Origin: Deltaproteobacteria bacterium
Lineage (GTDB): Bacteria; Myxococcota_A; Polyangia; HGW-17; SLPX01
NCBI GenBank assembly: GCA_011390535.1
Contig: JAABSF010000005.1
Location: 1-19,662, forward strand
Length of the DNA stretch: 19,662 nt
Direction: 5' to 3'
Shown here in pieces: positions 9,701-16,495 of this stretch. A model generated the notes under the pieces. It searched no databases. It was not told the origin of the DNA and worked only from the letters and a program-made list of their open reading frames with translations. Numbering within the stretch: position 1 is the stretch's first letter; each line of letters begins with the position of its first letter. Position numbers and translations under genes: made by a program.

Positions 9701-12700
9701 CAAAGAGGAGATTATTTGGCAGAGAGGGGTTGGCTGAGAGACGCGCTGGGTTCTGGTGGGCCTCCTCTGGAGATAGCTGAGCGTTTGGTGTCTTTGGCAA
9801 GAGAAGAAGGAGATCGGGAGAGTCTCGCCGGGGCTTTGAAGGATTTGTTGGATATTGTCACCGAGCCGGATCGTAAAGCTTTGATTTTGAAGGAGTTAGC
9901 TCAAGTAATGAAAGCAATCGATCCGGAGAAAAGCCTACATCTTTATGGTGAAGTGTTGTTGCTTAGGCCCAATGACACGGCTTTGAAGAGTGAGTTTGCA
10001 GAGTTTGCCTTAGAGCAGCAAGAGTTGGAGTTGGCGCTGGATGAGCTCTCTTCATTGCATGAGAAGCTGCCATTGGAAGCTCGTAACGAGAGAGGCCATG
10101 TTTCTATTCGCATGGCCGTTGCCATGGGTGATGTTGGAGGTGACAAAGAGGCCTCGAGAGACCTGTTTCTAAGGGCGGCTGATGAATTCGAAGATCAAAG
10201 CGCTCGATTGGGGGCTTTGAGAAGAACACTTGAGTTGGCACAAGAGACCAACACTCCAGGCTTAGAAGAAGAAATTACGAGATTATTGATTGAGGAATCG
10301 GACGAAGAAAAAGAGGTGGTTGTTTTAAAGAGAAGATTGATGGAGTTGGTGTTGGGTCGAGATGGCTGGAGAGAGGTGTTGAGTATTTCAGAAGAGCTTA
10401 GGAAGATAAATCAACACACAAAGGAGACGCTGAAGCAAGAGGCGATAGCGCTGGAAACGCTTAGTGAATGGGGTAGAGCGGTGGATGTCTGGGTTGAGTG
10501 CTCTGAAATAGAAGGGATTGAGCCGGAGACTAAGGTTGAATTCCTGATGAGAGGAGTGTCACTTTTAAGAGACCGAATGGAAGATCCGGAGAAGGCTCTG
10601 TTTCTTTCAAAAAAAGCTCTGGAAATAAAACCTGATGACTTGAGTGTATATGAAAAAATTGATGCACTCTGTCAGCGTTATGAATTATGGGAAGACCTCA
10701 TTTGGGTAAAAGAGCGTTCAATGAGAGGACGTGATTCAGCTTTTAAGACAAAAACGCTTCATGCTATGGCGGTCATAGCCGATAGACGGCTTAATGATTC
10801 TGACAGGGCTGCTACCTTGTTGGCCACAGCACATGGAATGAATCCGGAGTTCTACCCGGCAATGAGACCACTGGGGGAGTATCATTTTCGTTTGCGGGAG
10901 TGGGCGCCCGCTAAAGACTATTTTCTACAGGCACTTAAAGATCCGGAATTGAGTGACTCAGGGAGAGTGGAAGTTCTTGATCGTTTGTCCAGGATAGAAC
11001 GAGCAGAAGGAAACTTTCAAAAGGAGCAACAATATATTTTAAAGGCGGCAAAAATTCATCCGTCTCGAGATGATTTGTGGGAAAGGGCGCAAGGTGTTTT
11101 GGAGCGGCGTGGAGATGATAAGGAGCTTTTTGAAGTATTGAAAACAAGAGCGGAAATGGCAAAAGGCTCAAAGAGAATAAAGCATCTCACAGCCGCCGCG
11201 GTCCTGGCGGATCAGCAACTCGGCATACCTGAAGAGGCAGTGAAGATCTATGAATCTATTGTAGAGATGAGTCCCGAGTCATTGAGTGCGAGAGGACGGC
11301 TACTTGAATTGCTGCGAGAGAGAGGCGATTGGGACCGTTTGAAGGATCGTTTGCGCTCTGAGTTGTTGTTGCTTCAAGGTGCAGGACGGGCGAAAATAGC
11401 TGAGGAGCTGGCATCTTTGTATGAAAGCTCTGATGATGTAGAAAAGGCTGAGCATTATTGGAGGATAGCTTACCGTGAAGAGCCGGGGGATCCTAAGCGT
11501 ATTCGAGCGGTGGCTGACTGTCTGGCTAAACATCACAAATGGCAAGATCTGACCGACTTTTTGGAGATGGCCCTCGACACGGTGGCGCTGCCGGATAATG
11601 CCCTATCAGGGTTTATGGCGTTATTGGGGAGGACATATTTTGAAAAGCTAGGAGATGCTGATCGTGCTCTGGATGTTTTTGAAAGAGCTGGTATGAGGAA
11701 TGCCCTTACAGCAAGGAGCGCCAAGACATTGGCTCAAATTTACAGAGTTCGTGAGCGTTATCATGATTTGGCAGAGCTTTTGGAATCGCAAAAAGAGATC
11801 GCAGAAAATGAAGTAGTTAGAGAAGAACTGTTGGAAGAGCTTGGCGATCTGTATTCCGGAGAGTTGAATAAACAACTGGAAGCAGCAGCTGTTTTCAAGG
11901 ATCTTTTTGAAAAGGACACGATCAATTATTTTGACAAGGGGCTTGATGCGGTAAATTTGCTTGTAGAAGCGAACAAATATGAAGAGGCGGAAGAGATAGC
12001 TAGAAAAGTGGCAAAACATGCTCCAGGAGAGAGGAAAGCAGAAGCTGAGCTTTCTTGGGGATTGATTTTACTGGATTACTTGGGACAGGAAGAAAAAGCT
12101 TTGCAAATCCTATCAGCGGCTGTGGATAAACGCCCTGATCTTTCGATGGGGCATCTTGCAATAGGCAGAATACTGTTTACCTGGGGCGATCTGGATCGCG
12201 CGGCTTTTCATCTTGAGATTGTCGCAGATGGAGAAATAAATGATAAGGCTGTTAGAGCTGAAGCTCATCAGCTTGCTGGTTCAGCAGCAGAAGAATTGAA
12301 CAGAATCGAAGAGGCAAAGCGGCATTACGAAGAAGCCTTGAAGCTAGACCCAACAAATATAGATGTGCTTCGTCTGTTGGACAGGTTATATACTTCTTTA
12401 GGGCGCTGGAAAGATCTATCCGCAGTGTTGGGAAAGGAGATTGTGTTGGAGGCGGATCCTGAAACAAAGGCCAGGCTTTGGTACAGAAGAGCTCTTTTAT
12501 ACCGGGATATTTTGGATGATCAGAGTGAGGCATTGCGTTGTTTGAAAGAGGCGGTAGCTGCTTCTCCCAATCTCACCGAAGCTGTCTCTGCTCTAAGGCA
12601 AACTGTTGTTGTGGCTGGTGATTGGAGCTTCGCGGGCCAATTGATTCGTCGAGAGATCGCTTCACAGAGTAACCCGGCCCGATTGGCTGAGTTGTTTATG

Positions 12701-15454
12701 AGTCTTGGGAAACTTTATGAAGAGAAACTTCACAAACCGGAAGAAGCCCTTAAGGCATACCAAGAGGCATTAGAAAAGGATACGGAGAATCCCGATCCGG
12801 CTGAATCATTGGCCAGGGTCCTTGCCCATCAAGGACGTTGGCGAGATGCCGGTTTTGCGATCGAGGAATTGGTTATAAGGCGGGCAGGGGTGGATATGGG
12901 ACCGCTTTTTCTAAAAGCGGCTAACTTTTTCAAGCGTGGGGGTGATTTGGAAAGGGCAAGGCATGTATTGCTGAGAGTTCTTAAGGAAACTCAATCTGAA
13001 TATTGGCCTGATGCTATAGATAGTCTGCTTGGGTTCCTCTCAAAAAAAGAAGAAAGAGAAGAAGCTGTAAGTGTATTTGCGAAATGTTTGGAAAACCTGG
13101 AAGACATAAATGTAAGGCCGAACATTTTGAGAGGTTTGACGAGAATTCTTGTGGATTTAGACAGACCGGAAGATGCACAACCTTATGTTGAAGAGATATT
13201 GGAGCACTCACCAGAGGATAGAAGTGCGTTTATCTATCAAAGGAAAATTTTGGAACAAAAGGGTGCTCATAATCAGCTTCGTAACCTTTTGGAAAAGCGT
13301 CTGTCTATAGCACCAAAAGAAGAGTCTTCCGACCTTTTGTTTGCGTTGGGAGATCTTTTGTACAGTAAGTTGCATGATCTGGAAGGAGCTTCTATTGCCT
13401 ATGACAAGCTTTTGGATTTAGACGAAAACAACAAGGCGGTCTTAGATGTCAGAGGTGACTTGGCTTATAGAGAAGGAGACTTTGAATCTGCCGGTGAGTT
13501 CTATGAGCGCCTTGGTGATGGTCCCTCCAGGCTGGGCGAAGAAAGGCTATTTTATAGAAGAGGAGAGATTGCAGAGGCAGTGGGAGAAGAAAACAGGGCT
13601 ATTGTTTTCTATCAAAAGGCGGTTGCCAAAAATCCTTCTTTTAGAGAGTCACTGGAGGCGTTGGCCAGGATATTTTTGTTTCATGATAAAAAAGAAGATG
13701 CAGCCGATGCCCTGACGAAATTATGGGAGCTTATACCTGTTGAAGAGTTTACGACCGTGCGATCAATAGGCGTTGTTTTTGTAGAGCTCTTGATTTCTTT
13801 GAATCGCTTGGATGAAGCTAAGAATGTTTTAGATCGTTTACAGTCTTTAGAGTCAAAAGATTCAACTCAATTGTGGGCTCTGGTGTTGAAGTTACATGAG
13901 AAAAATGAAAATTGGCTCATGGCGGCTGAAGCTTTAGAGCAGCTTTCTTTGCTGAGCGAAGATCCGAGAGAGAGGGTTAAGTATCTTTACAAAGAAGGCG
14001 AACTTTTATCTTCACATATTGAGGATGAAAAGGGTGCAATAGAGAGGTACTTGAAGGCTGCAGATTTGATTCCTTCGCATTTGCCTACCGCCGGCAAACT
14101 GGCCGAATATTATTTTCGAACAGGAGAGTGGAGACAGCTCATTGATGTTTTTCACATTATTCTTGATAACGAAACCAGGGAGAAGGAAAAAGAGTCCGCT
14201 CGGCTTGGATTGGCGACGGCGATGCTGTTGGCGGGAGGGGATGAGGCGGCAAAAGCCCCGGAAGTGTTGAGGATGGTTAATCCTCAAGGGTTGGACTCGA
14301 AGCAAGTTATAAAGGTTCTCGCAGATGGTTCTGTTGGTTTAAGAGCGCTTGGTTATACTATGACCCCCATGGGAAGAGTTCTTGATGGACTGAATTCGGC
14401 TTTTGGTGACGAGATGCTTAGGAAATGGTCTTTGACAGCAAGGCGTATAGGGAATGATTTCCCTGGGGATCTAGGTTGCAGGCGCCTGTTGCCTCGGCTT
14501 GAGGCGAGGGAGGCGCACAGGAAAACAGCGCTGGAGCATACGAAGGTGTTGGCGTTTCTGGATCCTGAAGATCCTGCGGTTGGAGACACTGCGGCCTGGC
14601 CGAAGCTCGGAAGACCAAGAGACAATGTATTGGATGTTGAAGGGGTTTTATGTCCAAAGGGTTTGATGTCCTCTTTGAGAAAAGTATTGGTTTGTTTCGC
14701 AGAGTTTGTTTCTGGTTTTCCAAACGACCGCCATGTGAGCAAACAAGACAGAGGAGAAGCAATAGAGAGAGTCTTATCACAAGAGCATGTAGGTCGCGTA
14801 AGGGATTTGATAAAAAGGTTGCGTGTGCCCACTGTAAATATAAATGTTTCGCGACAAGGTGGATTTTTTGTAGAGTTGATTGACTCTAGTCCGCCGGAGA
14901 TTCTTATATCTGAGAGTTTTTTGGAAAGACCGATAGAAGAAGTCCTTTTTGTGTTGGCAGGAAAGATGGAGTGGGTACGGTCCGGAAGCCTACTTTTTTT
15001 GAACATAAAAGCTGAAGAACGTCTAAATATTTTATTCGCTTTGGCTGCCGCTTTGGGTATCAATGTCGACGCTAAAAAAATAAATTCAAAATTGGTGAAC
15101 GCTTGGAAAGACAGGATAGGCGATAGATTAGAAAAAATGCGAACCAAAGAACGTGAAAGAGTTGTAGAATCTATGAAACAATGGATCGGTGATTTGGGTG
15201 ACTTGAATGCTTACCTCAAAGAGCAAGAGAGGATGGCTCAAAGAGTAGGTTTAATGGTGTGTGGTGATTTGCGATCAGCTCTAAATGGATCTGCGCTGGA
15301 GGTTACAGGTAAAAGTGATGTGTTGGACCCTTCTAATGTTGTTGAAAGAAAAAAACTTTTAGAGCAAAACCATGGTATCGCCGAGTTGGTTCGGTTTGGT
15401 GTCTCCCAAAAGAGAAAGAAATTGTATGGGAGCTCAACGATGACGGGTTACTAA
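3770..15454 (+). CDS. Giant TPR/helical-repeat protein, 3894 aa if it starts at GTG 3770. It has an N-terminal non-TPR domain of about 300 aa, an acidic linker, about 3000 aa of TPR-like repeats, and a C-terminal non-TPR domain of about 400 aa.
   Basis: A single uninterrupted frame runs for 11.7 kb. The TPR signature recurs dozens of times (W-LG-Y-A-F-A-P spacing: ...AFEYYWSALKTNSED..., ...AMGWYSRALRHNPDDLEAQWDLANLY..., ...AEFEKAIRMDEKFIPAWMGLADVY..., ...ALKAYQEALEKDTENPDPAESLARVL..., ...AIVFYQKAVAKNPSFRESLEALARIF...). The start is uncertain. GTG 3770 directly abuts an in-frame TAG and lacks an SD. TTG at 3848 is a plausible alternative, since AGAGGA sits 6 nt upstream and other genes in this window use TTG. 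The stop is TAA at 15452-15454. Confidence 0.9.
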   Translation: MGHKHVKVVEIKKKHRASNCILRGNILKNIPFETGKSGAEEALVDLVFGLEIKGGKAFLCLDSTEVSPWLKVDRLEMILPGFSFPFNFGSGLGRFRQHLCKLTKMNFTIDMARFVEELSKKRDLEKKGINLRAVEGGILAFGELCIGPSKLPFSMLFSVTLMGSKFLIAAEESYVYGNGSFPTSLVVASLLGAIGGGDESSFVSFRLLSADVVGGGFLDALLWELLLPRGWKVPETGDLCQTKLEWKGTDLKVFLADHSLCRGLGGGKNGEPIVGVDNEERACREEEEEDDSLDQSDKGVNADPMFLRRQHFVGERAILDGRIEDAFEYYWSALKTNSEDKFVVGRALDLGQCFPSYRAEVIASTNEKIALWPEWGPAYLVMGAIHLAQGEILQAVVRFSQVISRMEEKGRHEEAFVGSLACGKLLRDTDPEQAMGWYSRALRHNPDDLEAQWDLANLYRKSERWHELIALLRNKAMKGDKDERVTAHVELGRCHIDCFSDYLRARAEFEKAIRMDEKFIPAWMGLADVYLSIGEAKKSLASLERVESLLLEQEDVTAVFVSVHVKKSIAFTLLGKNQEAEESIEKALKKGPDDDEVQKAAIEVFHEMKRWDALLEVLRRRAERDNTNPQEKQALLTRMAAVEVFERKDIGAGKLVLDEALEIGHNSLDTLKLAVEVAELTGNTADQISYLSNMIQLEKNERKKAAFILQRATIFLNEHRDVDSIIDDLHKVSELGGDVALSSLDLLVEIYRKRVDKENLIKCLGLWMEGIKGREKENAGFVLYSVELAELLFERGEGEDKKKALRYLIGAADLNPGTAEPLRKMALFLEALDDRQGLESVLQRLVSLLRRKENLSELGKTLAWLGKVRLSMGRPEQAGEALREAYRLEPEDPDIIRLFAEAEYRSGIFEQAGDAFMRLWDRGIGENLERAEIAYKLGKIFSAEGDLDKTAEFFRAALDYGFSDKERAKECRQEICDAFVTRERWEEAARAYQNMADDSRLQLSAEERASILYTAVELFHKRLDRNEESIDLSYKVLELRPDHHGALNTLEFLHGKLQQYEKQAIIIQNKIKLASLHKAEKTALFGRLGKLQSEELGNVESARRSFEEALCLDKDFFPALLFLARYDWEKGHWEGVWRRYGRLLEHVEDQKLADSVEKNRLSVEIYSRRLRAALEMGWEEELEENAKWVLKNDPGNKDVLSLLDEHFFKRGEWGSLVGILRRRAELAAGDHGVSIRLRLGEILANKMGEGQQAAEVYRDVLREDPLNLPALNSLSRILGEEKRPKERLKVLERLLSILDKNPEKGEKIGRKKGDLLREMGDTAFHLQKNAKGKKWLLRCLAEDPKDREAAEMLVSFERKQGDFEDLDEALDLWSRALDDPSLLRGAQLERVKLYLEKNKDPQRALKIINDMNDEEPSKEEIALKGEILERLCDWEGSFSCYKELAERAEDTNKEVFWRRKLFDLALARMEDDETAELQGMRILEQEPEDADVAGAMAEIYKRQNDEAMWRRMMERRIKAFEKDETKAADKIDVLKQLVASWKNDPQGDLHKAEELCLRVLDDIPNDIDTLELLYDVRLESGDVEKSVETLERLIKEMEKQNQPEQRKILVERYLELAGLFADLDNMLSARQSCKGALSFAEGDLRDSVLEKWLEFAQKDEQWEEVIKAAQQIDGARQTPQNLWALSVAYESLSRVDDAIGVLKILQEKKYDHEGLKDRLRNLYLQSGRHHELAKEYQRDAELAETDEDKFQLLMDASTHFASTEGGGFEAVECLVKAWSVLPGDLRVADVLSSVLSRPSDKTKLMELLVDAAENKKASSSDRSMILLYGAEQLINDDSDDRDYEEAERFLSEAITLDPANAVARTKQRELLYKKERWGSLCEVLIDWIDYTEDKRELVELSIELADVYIDKTQDFNSAVSVLEKLPEEGRDGTFFARLAGAYEAAGRLQEAEAALLKRITYEDEAWPVCLKAADLSAQRGDYLAERGWLRDALGSGGPPLEIAERLVSLAREEGDRESLAGALKDLLDIVTEPDRKALILKELAQVMKAIDPEKSLHLYGEVLLLRPNDTALKSEFAEFALEQQELELALDELSSLHEKLPLEARNERGHVSIRMAVAMGDVGGDKEASRDLFLRAADEFEDQSARLGALRRTLELAQETNTPGLEEEITRLLIEESDEEKEVVVLKRRLMELVLGRDGWREVLSISEELRKINQHTKETLKQEAIALETLSEWGRAVDVWVECSEIEGIEPETKVEFLMRGVSLLRDRMEDPEKALFLSKKALEIKPDDLSVYEKIDALCQRYELWEDLIWVKERSMRGRDSAFKTKTLHAMAVIADRRLNDSDRAATLLATAHGMNPEFYPAMRPLGEYHFRLREWAPAKDYFLQALKDPELSDSGRVEVLDRLSRIERAEGNFQKEQQYILKAAKIHPSRDDLWERAQGVLERRGDDKELFEVLKTRAEMAKGSKRIKHLTAAAVLADQQLGIPEEAVKIYESIVEMSPESLSARGRLLELLRERGDWDRLKDRLRSELLLLQGAGRAKIAEELASLYESSDDVEKAEHYWRIAYREEPGDPKRIRAVADCLAKHHKWQDLTDFLEMALDTVALPDNALSGFMALLGRTYFEKLGDADRALDVFERAGMRNALTARSAKTLAQIYRVRERYHDLAELLESQKEIAENEVVREELLEELGDLYSGELNKQLEAAAVFKDLFEKDTINYFDKGLDAVNLLVEANKYEEAEEIARKVAKHAPGERKAEAELSWGLILLDYLGQEEKALQILSAAVDKRPDLSMGHLAIGRILFTWGDLDRAAFHLEIVADGEINDKAVRAEAHQLAGSAAEELNRIEEAKRHYEEALKLDPTNIDVLRLLDRLYTSLGRWKDLSAVLGKEIVLEADPETKARLWYRRALLYRDILDDQSEALRCLKEAVAASPNLTEAVSALRQTVVVAGDWSFAGQLIRREIASQSNPARLAELFMSLGKLYEEKLHKPEEALKAYQEALEKDTENPDPAESLARVLAHQGRWRDAGFAIEELVIRRAGVDMGPLFLKAANFFKRGGDLERARHVLLRVLKETQSEYWPDAIDSLLGFLSKKEEREEAVSVFAKCLENLEDINVRPNILRGLTRILVDLDRPEDAQPYVEEILEHSPEDRSAFIYQRKILEQKGAHNQLRNLLEKRLSIAPKEESSDLLFALGDLLYSKLHDLEGASIAYDKLLDLDENNKAVLDVRGDLAYREGDFESAGEFYERLGDGPSRLGEERLFYRRGEIAEAVGEENRAIVFYQKAVAKNPSFRESLEALARIFLFHDKKEDAADALTKLWELIPVEEFTTVRSIGVVFVELLISLNRLDEAKNVLDRLQSLESKDSTQLWALVLKLHEKNENWLMAAEALEQLSLLSEDPRERVKYLYKEGELLSSHIEDEKGAIERYLKAADLIPSHLPTAGKLAEYYFRTGEWRQLIDVFHIILDNETREKEKESARLGLATAMLLAGGDEAAKAPEVLRMVNPQGLDSKQVIKVLADGSVGLRALGYTMTPMGRVLDGLNSAFGDEMLRKWSLTARRIGNDFPGDLGCRRLLPRLEAREAHRKTALEHTKVLAFLDPEDPAVGDTAAWPKLGRPRDNVLDVEGVLCPKGLMSSLRKVLVCFAEFVSGFPNDRHVSKQDRGEAIERVLSQEHVGRVRDLIKRLRVPTVNINVSRQGGFFVELIDSSPPEILISESFLERPIEEVLFVLAGKMEWVRSGSLLFLNIKAEERLNILFALAAALGINVDAKKINSKLVNAWKDRIGDRLEKMRTKERERVVESMKQWIGDLGDLNAYLKEQERMAQRVGLMVCGDLRSALNGSALEVTGKSDVLDPSNVVERKKLLEQNHGIAELVRFGVSQKRKKLYGSSTMTGY

Positions 15455-15600
15455 ACATGCTCACATTAACCGCCGATCCATCCCGCCATGCTGCGTTGCT
15501 CACTGTGCTGCCTGCTCACGTACTTCAAGTACGCTGCGCCGGCTGCTCGCTCGCGCCTTGCCTGGCGAGCGCCTCGACGGCCCTGCGAACATGTTTGTCC
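15455..15600 (+). promoter_or_regulatory. GC-rich (~60-65 %) structured island in the 3' UTR of the giant gene, which is also the 5' leader of the lipid operon. Candidate cis-regulatory leader, attenuator or small RNA.
   Basis: GC is sharply higher here than in the ~45 % surroundings. It contains imperfect hairpins (CGTACTTCAAGTACG at ~15518-15532; CGCTCGCGCC...GGCGAGCG at ~15548-15571) and CTG/GCT-rich runs. The terminator-like hairpin at 15601-15634 follows immediately. Confidence 0.3.
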
Positions 15601-15634
15601 GGATCTCAATGAGATCCTGTTTAGTTTTTTTTGG
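15601..15634 (+). terminator. Intrinsic terminator or attenuator hairpin: GGATCTC-AAT-GAGATCC followed by TGTTTAGTTTTTTTT
   Basis: 7-bp perfect stem (15601-15607 and 15611-15617), 3-nt loop, then a T-rich tract ending in T8 (15625-15632). It lies 147 nt after the giant-gene stop and ends only 10 nt before the ATG of the next gene; the SD GGAAAG (15633-15638) overlaps the end of the U-tract. Confidence 0.55.
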
Positions 15635-15644
15635 AAAGTAGTCG

Positions 15645-16448
15645 ATGTGGAAATTTCTTGTTTGTATACTCAAGTGGATAGATTGCCGTTTAAATGATTT
15701 GTTAGGTGGAGGTTTTGGGCTTAAAGATGTATTTACTATCTTTAACCTTCTAGGGGGGGTTACCTCTATTTATTTTTCCATTCACGGGAATATAAAGTTG
15801 GCAGCAGCAGCGGTCATGCTTGGTTATCTTGGAGATGTATTGGATGGTCCGATTGCTAGGGTTACAGGAAGAGGCAACTCATTCGGAGGAGAATTGGATT
15901 CCATTGCAGATCATTTGTCTCAATGTATAGCCCCGGCCTTTGTCGTCTATGTTTTTTTTAGGGATATTTCAACCCCATTGGGTTTTGCCCTAGCGTCGAT
16001 ATTGATTGTGACGGGGTCAATTCGGCATGCGAGAAATGCAGCTGTTCCATTTGGGTTTTCTTTGTGTTGGAATGGAATGCCTAGGCCGGTGGCAGCCTTT
16101 TTGGTCCTATCTTTTATAAACTCTCATTTCATAACTTGGTTTACCGGAGGTGTTTGGGTTGGAGTAGCGTTAGTGCTGGTGGTCTCAATTATGAATCTGG
16201 TACCGCTTCCTTTTCTGAATCACCACGGCAGAAAACTACAGTTATACGTAAAAGTTCTTGTGGTGGGGTCTTTTGCTTTGTGTATAGCCCTGGCTGTTTT
16301 GTTTCCTTCTCTGTTTTGGGATGCGCTTTTCTTGATTATTTTTGGTTATTCGTGGTTCTCGTGGGTACCCATGAGCAGGGAAGAGCGAAAGAGCTTTTTT
16401 GACGCTGTAAAAGCTTGGAAAAAAGAACTTAATAAAGAAAATTGTTAA
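15645..16448 (+). CDS. CDP-alcohol phosphatidyltransferase, PssA-like (candidate CDP-diacylglycerol--serine O-phosphatidyltransferase or related head-group transferase), 267 aa, polytopic membrane protein
   Basis: It has the complete family motif D-G-x2-A-R-x8-G-x3-D-x3-D: DVLDGPIARVTGRGNSFGGELDSIADHLSQ. The GxELDSxAD form is the one I associate with the PssA-type subgroup. An NLxxG motif precedes it (FNLLGGVTSIYF) and there are multiple TM helices. ATG 15645 follows SD GGAAAG with a 6-nt spacer. Confidence 0.85.
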   Translation: MWKFLVCILKWIDCRLNDLLGGGFGLKDVFTIFNLLGGVTSIYFSIHGNIKLAAAAVMLGYLGDVLDGPIARVTGRGNSFGGELDSIADHLSQCIAPAFVVYVFFRDISTPLGFALASILIVTGSIRHARNAAVPFGFSLCWNGMPRPVAAFLVLSFINSHFITWFTGGVWVGVALVLVVSIMNLVPLPFLNHHGRKLQLYVKVLVVGSFALCIALAVLFPSLFWDALFLIIFGYSWFSWVPMSREERKSFFDAVKAWKKELNKENC

Positions 16449-16495
16449 GAGGAAACAGCTAAGCACTCCATTGTTCTGAGAGCAAAGAGGTAATT

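Noticed and set aside
14353-15147. 264-aa antisense ORF inside the 3' part of the giant gene; other antisense ORFs at 4260-4721, 4769-5254, 6019-6384 and 8343-8684 are similar
   Set aside because: These lie antisense to a confidently coding region whose sense codons are rich in GAA/GAG/AAG, so the antisense reads as stop-poor TTC/CTC/CTT. The translations are Ser/Leu/Phe-rich low complexity with no recognisable motifs. They are typical shadow ORFs.
15455-15600. Possible cloning-vector or ColE1-origin-like contamination, because of the CGCTCACTG/GCTGCG-rich flavour
   Set aside because: The resemblance is only compositional. The sequence does not match the pUC/ColE1 origin segment I recall beyond short words, and it is embedded seamlessly between native-looking features (stop codon, terminator, SD).
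15488-15697. 69-aa Cys-rich ORF inside the GC-rich island, running into the start of the PssA-like gene
   Set aside because: It has no SD and overlaps the terminator hairpin and the downstream gene's SD and start. A structured RNA element explains this sequence better than a leader peptide. It is kept only as a remote leader-peptide possibility.
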